Below are positions 17,886 to 28,148 of a DNA stretch of 64,000 nt, piece after piece (the stretch's first letter is position 1; each line of letters opens with the position of its first letter). Made by a program: the position numbers and the translations under genes. The notes under the pieces were generated by a model, which ran no database searches, had not been told where the DNA came from, and worked only from the letters and a program-made list of their open reading frames with translations. The DNA lies in the NCBI GenBank assembly GCA_035506715.1, contig DATJOW010000017.1, positions 14,078 to 78,077 of the forward strand, in the 5' to 3' direction. Source of the stretch: Candidatus Acidiferrum sp. GTDB lineage: Bacteria > Verrucomicrobiota > Verrucomicrobiia > Limisphaerales > UBA11358.

Positions 17886-18035
17886 AAAACTGGCGACTGG
17901 AAGCCGCCGGCACCCGCAGTCAGGATGACCGCGCTACGCAGCGTCCGCTTTGCTCCTTCGCGGCGCGACGGCGGCCAGCGCGAGTTGAGGCATCTTCCAG
18001 ATGCCCGGGTTCTGCCAAGACGGCGGTTTCAAAGG
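17886..18035 (+). repeat. Dispersed intergenic repeat, copy B (most complete)
   Basis: Left arm AAAACTGGCGACTGGAAGCCGCC, internal GCGCTACGCAGCGT, perfect palindrome GGCATCTTCCAGATGCC (17989-18005), and an inverted right arm GGGTTCTGCCAAGACGGCGGTTTCAAAGG. Confidence 0.7.
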
Positions 18036-18101
18036 AATGGTGGCAGCCGGCGTTCAGCTTCGGCGCCCATACGCTTTCGCGGTTGACAGCCGGGATTCTG
18101 C

Positions 18102-18545
18102 ATGTTCAGTTCCCCGCCATTGAACGCCACGACTGACATCGCGTACGAAACGGCGCGCCGGATTACTCCGGCCGAGTTTGTTGACCTGCTGCGCCGCTCG
18201 ACCCTGGCGGAACGCCGTCCGGTGGACGATGCCCAATGCATCCAGGCCATGCTGCAACACGCGAACCTGCTTTGCACCGCCTGGCACGGAGCCAAACTCG
18301 TCGGGGTAGCCCGGTCCGTCACCGATTTTGAATTCTGCTGCTACTTGTCGGATCTGGCGGTGGATGCAGCCTATCAGAAACAGGGCATCGGCCGCGCATT
18401 GATTGCGTTGACACAGTCCAGGCTGGGCGCGCGCGCCAAACTCATATTGCTGTCCGCCCCCAAGGCGGAGCGCTATTATCCCCGCATCGGATTTGATGTC
18501 CATCCCTCAGCCTGGATCATCCCTGCCGACCGCGAATTGCGCTGA
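18102..18545 (+). CDS. GNAT family N-acetyltransferase
   Basis: Acetyl-CoA motif A, LAVDAAYQKQGIGRALI. 147 aa. Confidence 0.8.
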   Translation: MFSSPPLNATTDIAYETARRITPAEFVDLLRRSTLAERRPVDDAQCIQAMLQHANLLCTAWHGAKLVGVARSVTDFEFCCYLSDLAVDAAYQKQGIGRALIALTQSRLGARAKLILLSAPKAERYYPRIGFDVHPSAWIIPADRELR

Positions 18546-18571
18546 ATCCGCCAAACGAAACTCGATCTTCT

Positions 18572-19585
18572 ATGAACGCTTATCAGATCTCTGCCACCAC
18601 CGGCCCGGACGCGTTGCGGCTCGTGCAGTTGGCCGAACCCAAACCCGCCGCCGGTCAGGTGCTCGTCCGCGTGCGCGCCGCGTCGCTCAACTACCGCGAT
18701 TTGATGGTGGCCGACGGCCGCTACGGCAAGGTTGCCCTGCCACTCATTCCCCTGTCCGATGGCGCCGGTGAAATCGCCGCCGTGGGCGAAGGCGTGACGC
18801 GCTGGAAAACCGGCGACCGCGTGGCCGGCACCTTCTTTCAGGGCTGGTCGTCGGGACCGTTTGTGCGCGCGACCGCCCAAACCGCGCTCGGCGGCGCCCT
18901 GAACGGGATGTTGGCCGGGCACGTCGCGCTCGCCGCTGAAGGTGTGGTGGCGATCCCGCCGCATCTCAGCTTCGAGGAAGCCGCCACCCTGCCCTGCGCC
19001 GCCCTGACCGCCTGGCACGCTTTGGTTGTCCAGGGAAAGGTCGCCGCTAATGAAACCGTGCTGGTGTTGGGCACCGGCGGCGTTTCCATGTTCGCCCTGC
19101 AATTTGCCAAAATGCACGGCGCCCGCGTCATCATCACCTCCAGCAGCGATGAAAAACTGGCGCGCGCCAAATCGCTCGGCGCGGATGAAACCATCAATTA
19201 CCGTTCCCGGCCGGAGTGGGAAAAAGACGTGTTGGTCCTGACGCAGGAAGCGGGAGTCGATCACGTGGTTGAAGTCGGCGGCGCCGGGACATTTCCCAAA
19301 ACCCTGCGCGCGGTCAAGCCCGGCGGCCAGGTCCACCTGGTGGGCGGCGTCAGCGGGTTCACCGCCGACGTGCCGCTTGGCGACATCATCCGCAAGCTGG
19401 TCAGCGTGCGCGGGGTTTATGTGGGCAGCCGGGAGATGTTTGAGGCCATGAACCGTGCGGTGGCCCGGCATCGGACCAGACCGGTGATTGACCGCGTATT
19501 TGGATTTGCCGAGGCGCCGGCGGCCTATCGCTATCAGCAGAGCGGGGCGCACTGCGGAAAGGTGGTCATCTCTGGTGTTGCCTGA
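18572..19585 (+). CDS. Zinc-type (MDR) NAD(P)-dependent alcohol dehydrogenase / quinone oxidoreductase
   Basis: MDR fold features: GDRVAG, nucleotide-binding VLVLGTGGVSMFALQFAK, C-terminal GKVVI. Confidence 0.85.
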   Translation: MNAYQISATTGPDALRLVQLAEPKPAAGQVLVRVRAASLNYRDLMVADGRYGKVALPLIPLSDGAGEIAAVGEGVTRWKTGDRVAGTFFQGWSSGPFVRATAQTALGGALNGMLAGHVALAAEGVVAIPPHLSFEEAATLPCAALTAWHALVVQGKVAANETVLVLGTGGVSMFALQFAKMHGARVIITSSSDEKLARAKSLGADETINYRSRPEWEKDVLVLTQEAGVDHVVEVGGAGTFPKTLRAVKPGGQVHLVGGVSGFTADVPLGDIIRKLVSVRGVYVGSREMFEAMNRAVARHRTRPVIDRVFGFAEAPAAYRYQQSGAHCGKVVISGVA

Positions 19586-19737
19586 AAGCTTCATGGCTTT
19601 GTCGCTTCACTTCACCCGGCTGGCCAAGTGGCACGTCGCGTTTCCGGCTCGATTTGCAGATCCGCATCCGCCGACCGGTAAGGCGGGGTCGGGGCGCCGC
19701 GCCGACCTGCCTTCGCAAGGCTACCGCAAGGCAAGCC

Positions 19738-19758
19738 GGACGCCGCCGCGCGGCGTCC
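19738..19758. terminator. GC-rich perfect hairpin between convergent genes (possible bidirectional terminator or REP-like element)
   Basis: GGACGCCGC-CGC-GCGGCGTCC, a 9-bp stem with a 3-nt loop, between the ADH stop (19585) and the VIT stop (19823). No U-tract on either side. Confidence 0.3.
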
Positions 19759-19822
19759 CTACCTACAACTAGTCGCCGCCGGGAGTGTGCCGGGAGCGAT
19801 GGTACCATAAAACCCACCACCT

Positions 19823-20485
19823 TCATCCGCCCAGCGCCATGGTCAGGCCAACCAGCGCAAGACCGACAACGACCATCACCACCCCTGACAGCCAGGGCCG
19901 CCGCCCGGCACAACGCCCGTAGGCCCAGCCGGTCAGGAACAACATACCGACGGCAATGGCATTGGAGACACGCAGGGCCGGAAGCGGGTGTTGCATCAAG
20001 AGGAACGGGATGACTACGGGAAAGGTGGAGAGGAAGACAAGCAGGAAGACCGCCAGTCCGCCCAGGTAATCTTGCTTGCGGAGGCGCATCTGCTCTGGCG
20101 GCTCCGGCAATTGATTCAACCGCTGGCGGATGGCTTCGTATTCCGCCGGCTGCAAAACTTCCGCAACCATCGGCGGCAAAGCACCGGCAATGATCTGGCG
20201 GGCCGCCGCCGCATCCTCCGCCCCGCGCAAGGCGCGCAACGTGCGGAGTCTTTGGCTCGAATCAGCCAGGCAACCCATCAGATACAAAATCGCGTCGATA
20301 ATCCCCCAGGCCAGGTTGCAGCCCAAGGCACCCAGAAGCATCGTGCGGACTTCCGCACGGCCGGCTTCGGCGGCACTGAGCGAGCCGGTGATAGCCAGCA
20401 CCATGATCAACCCAAACAGAACCTCGGACACCCGGTCGTATGGGTCGAGGATGCGTTTGGAGGAGGGAATGAGGTTCTCAGACAT
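19823..20485 (-). CDS. VIT1/CCC1-family (iron/manganese transporter-like) membrane protein
   Basis: N-terminal DRVSEVLFGLIMVLAITG, a central soluble helical segment, three C-terminal TM helices. 220 aa. Family call is from memory. Confidence 0.65.
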   Translation of the reverse strand: MSENLIPSSKRILDPYDRVSEVLFGLIMVLAITGSLSAAEAGRAEVRTMLLGALGCNLAWGIIDAILYLMGCLADSSQRLRTLRALRGAEDAAAARQIIAGALPPMVAEVLQPAEYEAIRQRLNQLPEPPEQMRLRKQDYLGGLAVFLLVFLSTFPVVIPFLLMQHPLPALRVSNAIAVGMLFLTGWAYGRCAGRRPWLSGVVMVVVGLALVGLTMALGG

Positions 20486-20488
20486 AAA

Positions 20489-21145
20489 TCAACCAACCGG
20501 GGACTGGCAATCGCGCGGGCCATCAGGCGGGAGGACGCGGACCCGGCCGGTCGCGAGTTCATAGATCGCGCCGACAATCTGGATGCGGCCTCCGACCACG
20601 GCGGCGTGGCCGGCGGGGGTCGCCGCGAGTTGACGCACCGTCCAGCGCACGTTGGCTTCGACGGCGTGAAGCCATTGCGCCTCGGCAGGCTCGGACGCAT
20701 TGATGCCCTCCAGGCCCGGGAGGATGGCGTCGAGCAACTCGGCGACTTTCCCCTTTTCACCCCGGCCACCAAACTTGGTTTGCAGGGCGGCCTGCACCGC
20801 GCCGCAGCCTTCATGGCCGAGCACCACGAACAGCGGCGTCCGCAAATGAACCAGTGCGTAGCCCAGGCTGCCGAGGATTTCGGCCGAGACGACATTGCCG
20901 GCGACGCGCACTATGAACAAGTCGCCCAGGCCCTGATCAAATATCATCTCGGGCGGCACGCGGGAATCGCTGCAGCCGAGAAGGGTGGCGAACGGTTGCT
21001 GCGCCGCCGACAATTCGGTCAGGCGGCCGGGCAGCGGCGGCCGTTGTTGCGGTTTGCCGCACATGAAACGCGCATTGCCCTCGATCAACCGTGCGAGAGC
21101 GGCACTGGCCGTGATTGTTGGCGTGACCGTTGACATGCGATTCAT
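20489..21145 (-). CDS. Beta-class carbonic anhydrase
   Basis: CSDSRVPPE, FIVRVAGN and HEGCGAV zinc-ligand motifs. The start could instead be the Met at 21136. Confidence 0.9.
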   Translation of the reverse strand: MNRMSTVTPTITASAALARLIEGNARFMCGKPQQRPPLPGRLTELSAAQQPFATLLGCSDSRVPPEMIFDQGLGDLFIVRVAGNVVSAEILGSLGYALVHLRTPLFVVLGHEGCGAVQAALQTKFGGRGEKGKVAELLDAILPGLEGINASEPAEAQWLHAVEANVRWTVRQLAATPAGHAAVVGGRIQIVGAIYELATGRVRVLPPDGPRDCQSPVG

Positions 21146-21193
21146 TGATCAAGCACAGTCTTTGTGCCGAGCGTTCCCCGCAGTGGGACGTTT

Positions 21194-21304
21194 GCATCTG
21201 GAAGATGCCTGAACCTGAAACCGGGGAAGCCTGCGCCATCCCACGCCGGCAGGACAGCCAACCGGTCGGCGGTCTTTGGCGGGTTCCAGCCGCCGGTTTC
21301 CAAG
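21194..21304 (-). repeat. Dispersed intergenic repeat, copy C (inverted relative to A and B)
   Basis: GCATCTGGAAGATGCC (21194-21209) is the same palindrome core. The arm GGGTTCCAGCCGCCGGTTTCC (21281-21301) matches the reverse complement of the copy B left arm at 16 of 20 positions. Confidence 0.65.
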
Positions 21305-21356
21305 ACAGTGCCGAGGTGCACCCCGGAATAGGCCGGGGTCACCTGGCGGGTTGACT

Positions 21357-22784
21357 TCATAAATTGATAATCTCCATTCGATGATTACCCGCCGGATCGT
21401 CAGGCGGATCGCGCTGGGTCAGGATGGCGAAGGCGCCCGGGAGCCGATGCCGCCGCACCCAGTCTTTGACGTATGCCGTCCACGACGGCGGCGGTGCCGG
21501 CTCATGCTCCGGAATTACGCCGTGAGAAAATCGGAGGTCCGAGCAGGTTTTGGCGCGGGGGCTGATGGCAACCACCGGCACCGGCAGGCGCAGCGCCGCC
21601 AGCCATCGCGCGGTGGCGCCGCTGGCCGATGGCACAAAGACGGCCGCCGGCTGAAGGTACTCGAGGCTGGCCTCGACGCTCACGGCGATGAGGTGCTCGG
21701 GCCGGATGCGGCCGGTCAGGTCCACCCCGGTGTACCTTTCTTTGACGGTAACATGGCGGCGGGCCGGCTCCACGGCCGCCGCAATTTTGGCCAGCATCGC
21801 CACGGCCTCCACCGGGAAGGCGCCCATGGCCGATTCGCCCGAGAGCATGACGCAATCGGTGCCATCGAGAATGGCGTTGGACACGTCGGTCGCTTCCGCG
21901 CGCGTCGGCAGACGATAGGCGGTCATGGACTCGAGCATCTGGGTGGCAGTGATGACGGGCCGGGCGCGCCGATTGGCCCGGCGCATGATGTCCTTCTGCA
22001 CCACGGCAATCCGTTCGATGGGAACTTCCACACCCAAGTCGCCGCGGGCGATCATGATGCCATCCGCGGCGTCGAGAATCTCGTCGAGCCGTTCGAGGGC
22101 GCGCGACCGCTCGATTTTCGCGATCAGAAACGGGTCGTGGCCGAATTCGCGCGCGGCCTGCCGCACTGCTTGCACGTCTGCGGCGCCTTCAACAAAAGAC
22201 TGGCTCACGGCGTCCACGCCTTCGGCAAGCGCAAATTTCAGGCACTCGCGGTCCCGCTCAGTGAAGGCGCTGATGCCGAGGCTGATCCCCGGCAGGTTCA
22301 GGCCCTTGCGCGAGCGGAGTTCGCCACCCACTTTAACCACACATTTCACCTCGGCGCCGCTGACCTCTGCAACTTCGAGCTGGAGGTAACCGTCGTTGAG
22401 CGACAGGGGGTCGCCCCGTTTTACCACCTGCGGCAGGCGCGAAAAGCTGACCGAAACGCGCCGGGCATCGCCGGCGACCTGGGCCGTGGTGAGCGTGAAG
22501 CTGTCACCGGCTTTCAATTCGATTTTATCCACGCCGAGGTTGCCGATGCGCATTTTGGGGCCGGACAAATCCGCCATGATGGCCACCGGCCGGCCGACGG
22601 CCCGGGCGGCGGCGCGCAGGTTCAGGATATTCTGCCGGTGCGACGCGAATTCGCCGTGGGAGAAATTGAGCCGCGCGACGTTCAGTCCGGCGCGGATCAT
22701 TTGTTCCAGCACCGGCTGGGAATTTGACGCCGGGCCGATGGTGGCGACGATTTTGGTTTTGTGGGCGGGCAAAGGGTTTTCCAT
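21357..22784 (-). CDS. pyk: Pyruvate kinase
   Basis: KIVATIGPAS, ARLNFSHG, MIARGDLGVE and the ATQMLESM motif. 475 aa. Confidence 0.95.
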   Translation of the reverse strand: MENPLPAHKTKIVATIGPASNSQPVLEQMIRAGLNVARLNFSHGEFASHRQNILNLRAAARAVGRPVAIMADLSGPKMRIGNLGVDKIELKAGDSFTLTTAQVAGDARRVSVSFSRLPQVVKRGDPLSLNDGYLQLEVAEVSGAEVKCVVKVGGELRSRKGLNLPGISLGISAFTERDRECLKFALAEGVDAVSQSFVEGAADVQAVRQAAREFGHDPFLIAKIERSRALERLDEILDAADGIMIARGDLGVEVPIERIAVVQKDIMRRANRRARPVITATQMLESMTAYRLPTRAEATDVSNAILDGTDCVMLSGESAMGAFPVEAVAMLAKIAAAVEPARRHVTVKERYTGVDLTGRIRPEHLIAVSVEASLEYLQPAAVFVPSASGATARWLAALRLPVPVVAISPRAKTCSDLRFSHGVIPEHEPAPPPSWTAYVKDWVRRHRLPGAFAILTQRDPPDDPAGNHRMEIINL

Positions 22785-22786
22785 AG

Positions 22787-24376
22787 CTACAGCTGGCTTT
22801 CAATGGGCAGCAAGGACAGCAGATTCACCACCAGCCGGCGGTAGAGCGAGGCGTGCGGTTCGTGGGTGTACCGCACTTCCCGTCCGTTCTCCTGTCCGAT
22901 CCAGACGATGGAGCCGCACTCCTTGCAGGGGCCGGGACCGGGAACAAATTCGAGGCGATAGGCGGCCTCCTTCAGCCGGGCTTCGAGGGAGTCCGCCACC
23001 GGGCCGGCCACGTCGGGAATCTCAATGACGAGGCCCATCTCCGTATTGAGCACGGTCGAGCGCGGATCAACGTTCAGGGAGCCGACGAAAAGTGTTTGGC
23101 GGTCAAAGATGAACGACTTGGCATGAAGGCTGGAGCGCGGTGATTTGGCGTTGCGCCGGCGAGTGGTCCTGTCTTCCAGAGCGGTGGCGCGGAGCCGGGC
23201 ATTGGGCTTGATTTCCCACAGCTCGACACCGGCGCGGAGCAGCGCCTTCCGGTAGCGGCGATAGCCTGCGTGCACCGCCACCACGTCGGTCGCCGCCAGC
23301 GAATTGGAGAGCACCACCACCCGTATGCCGCGCGCCCGCAGCGACCGGAAGAGTTCCACGCCGGTCGGGCCCGGAACAAAATAGGGGGAAACGATAAAAA
23401 CCTCGCGCGTGGTGCCGTCGAGGACATGGCGCAATTGCGGGAGCAGGTGGGTGGCGGTGTTGGTCAGGTCGGTGGTGATCTTTTCCGGCTGGTCACACAC
23501 CAGCCGGGTCTTCCCCCAGGTGGCGTCCAGTTCGTGCTGGCGGATTTCCTCCCCCACTTCGTTCCCGGCCAGGCCCTGGAAATCGGGCGTATTGGTGATC
23601 GCCTGCACGCGGGCCGCCAGACCGGCGTATCTTTGGCTCACCTGTTCGGGCGAAAGCCGATTTTTGGTCAGCGCGTGGATGGGGATGGACAGCGAACTGA
23701 ACCAGTATCGCTCAAACATCTCCGACACCTCCGCCGCCGCCGGGCCGGCCGCCATGACGTCGAAATCAGCGAAGTGCGGTTCATCGCCGGCGGCATAATA
23801 ACGCGCCCCCACATTCCGGCCGCCCAGAATGGTGACCAGCCCGTCCGCCGTGAAGGATTTGTTGTGCATGCGCCGGTTGATCCGCTGGAACTCAAACAAG
23901 GTGCTCAGCCGCCGAAAGGTGCGGTTCGCCACGGGGTTGAATAACCGCACTTCGACATTGGTGTGGCTGTCGAGCGCCAGTAACACCTCGTCGGAAGCGG
24001 ACCCGCCAAAATCGTCCAGCAACAACCGCACCCGGACACCCCGATCCGCCGCGCACAAGAGCCGGTCCGTTAACAATTGGCCGGTGGCGTCCGGGGTCCA
24101 GATATAATACTGCACGTCGAGAGTGCGCTCAGCGGTGTCCGCAAGGGCCAGGCGCGCCGACAAGGCGTCCAGCCCAAACGGCAGGAGCTGGATTTCCGAC
24201 GCACCGGGGTGCTCGGCGGCGGCGGGTGCCACCGTGCGGGCCCAGGTCGTGTTTTGCGTGTCCACCGGGTAGCGCACGTTCCATTCCGGACTGGGCTTGG
24301 GCAGCGAAGTGCACCCGGTCAAAGCGGTCGCGACCAGCGTCAGGCCCAGGATTGGCCCAAACAAACCGGTTCGCAT
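22787..24376 (-). CDS. Exported phospholipase D / cardiolipin-synthase-like protein (two HKD motifs), probable lipoprotein
   Basis: ATG at 24376 verified, with signal MRTGLFGPILGLTLVATALTGC. HKD motifs at RRMHNKSFTADG and SLHAKSFIFDRQTLFVGSLNVDPRS. Confidence 0.85.
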   Translation of the reverse strand: MRTGLFGPILGLTLVATALTGCTSLPKPSPEWNVRYPVDTQNTTWARTVAPAAAEHPGASEIQLLPFGLDALSARLALADTAERTLDVQYYIWTPDATGQLLTDRLLCAADRGVRVRLLLDDFGGSASDEVLLALDSHTNVEVRLFNPVANRTFRRLSTLFEFQRINRRMHNKSFTADGLVTILGGRNVGARYYAAGDEPHFADFDVMAAGPAAAEVSEMFERYWFSSLSIPIHALTKNRLSPEQVSQRYAGLAARVQAITNTPDFQGLAGNEVGEEIRQHELDATWGKTRLVCDQPEKITTDLTNTATHLLPQLRHVLDGTTREVFIVSPYFVPGPTGVELFRSLRARGIRVVVLSNSLAATDVVAVHAGYRRYRKALLRAGVELWEIKPNARLRATALEDRTTRRRNAKSPRSSLHAKSFIFDRQTLFVGSLNVDPRSTVLNTEMGLVIEIPDVAGPVADSLEARLKEAAYRLEFVPGPGPCKECGSIVWIGQENGREVRYTHEPHASLYRRLVVNLLSLLPIESQL

Positions 24377-24533
24377 CGCCCCAGTCTGCGCCCGCGGCGC
24401 CTTCGTCGCGGTTGAAATCGATCGGTGGTAGCACGCCAAGGTCAAAAGTGACCGGGTTTTATCGGCGACCCTGTTTCTCAGTTGCGGTTCAAGCATGGTC
24501 CTGGATACAGCGAGCGATTCTCACCGGAGGAGG

Positions 24534-25391
24534 TTAATGAATCCAGCCCTCCTCCTGGAACCGGACTTTGAGCTGGTCGGCGATTTCCGCGGCCGTCTGC
24601 TGCGCCCGCCCCTCAATCTTGGCGCTGCCGCTGGCCTCCCCATAAACTTTCATTCCACCGCCGACGATGAGTCCGACCGGGCTGCCGGTGATCAGCCAAC
24701 CGGCGGCTCCCAGAGAGGCGCCCGGCCCCTTGCCGCTCTCCGAGTCCACTCGGCCCGCGCCGAGCTTTCGCAGTCCCTGCGCGGTCATTTGGAATCCTTC
24801 GACGGCGGTGGTCAACTCGGAGCCCCCCGAGCCGAAGCCAACGGTCATGCGCTTGGCGGTGCTCCCCTGCTCCACCGAAACCAGGTAGCCCCGGATGACA
24901 ATGTCGTTAATCTGCAACCTCGACCCGGCCTGGCCCCGCTCGGCCGGCAATCCCATCCCTTGGATGGCCAGAATCAATTGGGAAGTGATACTCGAGCCCA
25001 ACTGGCGTCCGAGCGCGGCTTCCGCCTCGGTGGGTGGCGTGACTGGCACGGACGCTTGAGCGGCGAACATGGAGTTGGTCGGGATTTCATCGGCCGAGGC
25101 GGTAAAATCGTAAATCACGATATGCTCGGGCCGCGGCAGCCGTTCGTGGACGTAGCGTTGACGCCCGGTGACACTGGTCGAGGCGCAGCCGGTAAGGACG
25201 GCCGCAGCCAGCGCACCCAGTGCGAGCGTCCGCACCGTCGCTTGAACGCCGCCAACCAGCGGCTGGAAGGCATTTAATCGCAGATGGGATGAGCGCGCGG
25301 GGCGCCCCGGGGTGCCGTCAAAACTTCGATGGTTAATCATGGCTTGCATTTGTTCTTCCTTGAGTCTTATCGAATGGTCGGCCTTTGTCAC
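24534..25391 (-). CDS. Lipoprotein, DUF4410-like
   Basis: Lipobox LAAAVLTGC. Gly-rich C-terminal half (GFGSGGSELT...GSPVGLIVGGGMKVYGEASGSAK). The start is uncertain, with alternative Mets at 25349 and 25340. The DUF call is from memory. Confidence 0.6.
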   Translation of the reverse strand: MTKADHSIRLKEEQMQAMINHRSFDGTPGRPARSSHLRLNAFQPLVGGVQATVRTLALGALAAAVLTGCASTSVTGRQRYVHERLPRPEHIVIYDFTASADEIPTNSMFAAQASVPVTPPTEAEAALGRQLGSSITSQLILAIQGMGLPAERGQAGSRLQINDIVIRGYLVSVEQGSTAKRMTVGFGSGGSELTTAVEGFQMTAQGLRKLGAGRVDSESGKGPGASLGAAGWLITGSPVGLIVGGGMKVYGEASGSAKIEGRAQQTAAEIADQLKVRFQEEGWIH

Positions 25392-25645
25392 CCGCCGATT
25401 TTGACCCGGCTTTGAACCTCCCGCTGCTGTTCCAAACCGGCTTGTCTCAATGATGACAAACGGACACGGAGGTTCGCCAAATGGGCGATTCCGACGGATC
25501 GGTGTTTCGCCCAGCGGCGCGGGTTCTATCCTCCGTTACTCCGGCTGGGCTTCAGGTCCTCCCCCGGCTTAAACCGCAATGCCAAGGCTCGGCGGATCAA
25601 GCTATCCGCCGGAAAATGATTTGAGTTTTGGAGCCCTTTATCGGA

Positions 25646-28108
25646 TCAGATATTATCCGCCTCGGTCGAGCTGCCTTTGACTTCCACCGCGCCTTTTTCC
25701 CCCCACCTCCAACCGAGCACGAACGGATGGTCCTCGCCGCGCTCGATGATGTACTGGCGGTGCTCGATGAGGGCGTTGCGGATGGCCTGTTTGGCGTAGG
25801 CGGCGCGGGCCCCGAGTTGCGGGAGCCGGTCAATCACATCCTGCACCAGATGGAACCGGTCCATCTCGTTCAACACCACCATGTCGAACGGCGTGGTGGT
25901 CGTCCCCTCCTCCTTGTAGCCGCGCACGTGCAGGTTTTTGTGGTTCGTGCGGCGGTAGGTGAGGCGATGGATGAGCCACGGATAGCCGTGGAACGCGAAC
26001 ACGATGGGCTTGTCCTTGGTGAAGAGCGTGTCGAAATCGTGGTCGTTCAACCCGTGGGGATGCTCGCTCGACGGCTGGAGTTTCATCAGATTGACAACGT
26101 TGATGACGCGCATTTTCAACTCGGGCACGTGGCGACGCAGCAGGTCCACCGCCGCGAGCGTTTCGAGCGTGGGCACATCGCCGCAGCAGGCCATCACGAC
26201 GTCGGGCTCGCCGCCCTTGTCGTTGCTGGCCCATTCCCAGATGCCGACGCCGGCGGTGCAATGCTTGATGGCCTGGTCCATGGTGAGCCAGACCGGCGCG
26301 GGTTGCTTGCCGGCGACAATCACGTTCACGTAGTTGCGGCTGCGCAGGCAATGGTCGGTGACGGAGAGCAGGCAGTTGGCGTCGGGCGGCAGATACACGC
26401 GCACAACTTCGGCCTTTTTGTTGACGACGTGGTCGATGAAGCCGGGGTCCTGGTGCGAAAAGCCGTTGTGATCCTGGCGCCAGACATGCGACGAGAGCAG
26501 GTAATTAAGCGAGGCGATGGGCCGCCGCCAGGGAATCTCGTGGCACACCTTCAACCACTTGGCGTGCTGGTTGAACATCGAATCGATGATGTGGATGAAC
26601 GCCTCGTAGCAGGAGAAGAAGCCGTGCCGGCCGGTTAACAGATACCCTTCCAGCCAGCCCTGACATTGATGTTCGCTCAACATTTCCATGACGCGGCCGT
26701 CGGGCGCGAGGTGGTCGTCATAATCGTACCGCTCGGCCATCCACGCCCGGTTCGTCACGTCCAGCACATCCTGCCAGCGATTGGAGTTGTTTTCATCCGG
26801 GCTGAACAGGCGGAAGTTCTTGCTTTCCAGGTTCAGCTTCATCACGTCGCGCAGGAATTTGCCCATGACGCGCGTGGCTTCAGCCTCGGTGCCGCCGGGC
26901 TTCCTGACTTGAACGGCGTACTGGCGGAAGTCGGGCATCCGGAGGTCGCGCAGCAACAAACCGCCGTTGGCGTGGGGGTTGGCGCTCATCCGGCGTTCGC
27001 CTTTGGGCGCAATCTCAGCATACTCCGGTTTGAAGCGGCCCCGGTCATCAAACAGCTCCTGCGGCCGATAACTTTTCATCCATTGCTCGAGGATTTTGAT
27101 GTGCGCCGGCTTTTCATGCATTTCCCCCATCGGCACCTGGTGCGAGCGCCAGGAATTCTCCGCGCGCTTGCCGTCAATCATCTTGGGGCACGTCCAACCC
27201 TTGGGCGAGCGCAGGATAATCATCGGCCAGCGCGGGCGCTCGGTGACGCCCCGCCGGCGGGCCGCGTTCTGAAGGCGCTGGATTTCTTCGACCGCCTGGT
27301 CGAGCGCCGCCGCCATGAGCTGGTGCATTTTCGGCGGTTCATGACCCTCAACGAAAATGGGCGCATAACCGTATCCGCGAAACAGTTGGTCCAGCTCCTC
27401 ATGGGTGATGCGGGCCAGCACGCAGGGATTGGCAATTTTGTATCCGTTCAGGTGCAGAATCGGCAGTACCGCGCCGTCCGTGGCGGGGTTCAGGAACTTG
27501 TTCGAGTGCCAGCTCGTCGCCAGCGGCCCGGTCTCCGCCTCGCCGTCGCCCACGACGGCGGCGACGATGAGGCCGGGATTATCGTAGGCCGCGCCGTACG
27601 CGTGACTGAGGGCGTAGCCCAACTCGCCGCCTTCGTGGATGGAGCCGGGCGTCTCCGGCGCGACGTGGCTGGGAATGCCGCCGGGGAAGGAAAACTGTTT
27701 GAACAGCCTTTTCATGCCTTCCTCGTCCGGTGAGATGTTCGGATAAACTTCGCTGTAGGTGCCTTCCAGCCAGGTATTGGCCACGATGCCCGGCCCGCCG
27801 TGGCCGGGGCCGATGACATAAATCAAGTTCAGGTCGCGCTCCTTGATGATGCGATTGAGGTGCACGTAAATGAAGTTCAACCCCGGCGTCGTGCCCCAAT
27901 GCCCCACGAGGCGCGGTTTGATATGTTCCTTGCGGAGCGGCTCCTTGAGCAATGGATTATCGTAGAGGTAGGTTTGGCCGACGGAAAGGTAGTTGGCGGC
28001 GCGCCACCAGGCGTCCATTTTGGCCAACAGGCCGACGCTGAGCGGGCCTCTGACGGTGGCCGCAATGGCTCCGGGGCGGCCGCTGGATTTAGCAGTTTTC
28101 GGTTTCAT
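25646..28108 (-). CDS. xfp: Xylulose-5-phosphate / fructose-6-phosphate phosphoketolase
   Basis: [45 protein letters not shown] and GDGEAETGP motifs. About 820 aa is typical of Xfp. Confidence 0.95.
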   Translation of the reverse strand: MKPKTAKSSGRPGAIAATVRGPLSVGLLAKMDAWWRAANYLSVGQTYLYDNPLLKEPLRKEHIKPRLVGHWGTTPGLNFIYVHLNRIIKERDLNLIYVIGPGHGGPGIVANTWLEGTYSEVYPNISPDEEGMKRLFKQFSFPGGIPSHVAPETPGSIHEGGELGYALSHAYGAAYDNPGLIVAAVVGDGEAETGPLATSWHSNKFLNPATDGAVLPILHLNGYKIANPCVLARITHEELDQLFRGYGYAPIFVEGHEPPKMHQLMAAALDQAVEEIQRLQNAARRRGVTERPRWPMIILRSPKGWTCPKMIDGKRAENSWRSHQVPMGEMHEKPAHIKILEQWMKSYRPQELFDDRGRFKPEYAEIAPKGERRMSANPHANGGLLLRDLRMPDFRQYAVQVRKPGGTEAEATRVMGKFLRDVMKLNLESKNFRLFSPDENNSNRWQDVLDVTNRAWMAERYDYDDHLAPDGRVMEMLSEHQCQGWLEGYLLTGRHGFFSCYEAFIHIIDSMFNQHAKWLKVCHEIPWRRPIASLNYLLSSHVWRQDHNGFSHQDPGFIDHVVNKKAEVVRVYLPPDANCLLSVTDHCLRSRNYVNVIVAGKQPAPVWLTMDQAIKHCTAGVGIWEWASNDKGGEPDVVMACCGDVPTLETLAAVDLLRRHVPELKMRVINVVNLMKLQPSSEHPHGLNDHDFDTLFTKDKPIVFAFHGYPWLIHRLTYRRTNHKNLHVRGYKEEGTTTTPFDMVVLNEMDRFHLVQDVIDRLPQLGARAAYAKQAIRNALIEHRQYIIERGEDHPFVLGWRWGEKGAVEVKGSSTEADNI

Positions 28109-28148
28109 GATGAGTTGAGGTTGTGATTTCAGTTCTATGTAAATTCAT

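Noticed and set aside
17814-18086. 90-aa ORF (and 21142-21360, 21130-21354, 9741-10211) lying in intergenic repeats
   Set aside because: They are translations of the dispersed repeat copies (shared RHLPDA, GDWKPP/GGWNPP peptides arise from DNA repeat identity). No start context or coding features.
25591-25610. Hairpin GGCGGAT-CAAGCT-ATCCGCC after xfp as an intrinsic terminator
   Set aside because: Only a 7-bp stem and no U-tract after it on the transcribed (minus) strand. Not enough to call a terminator.
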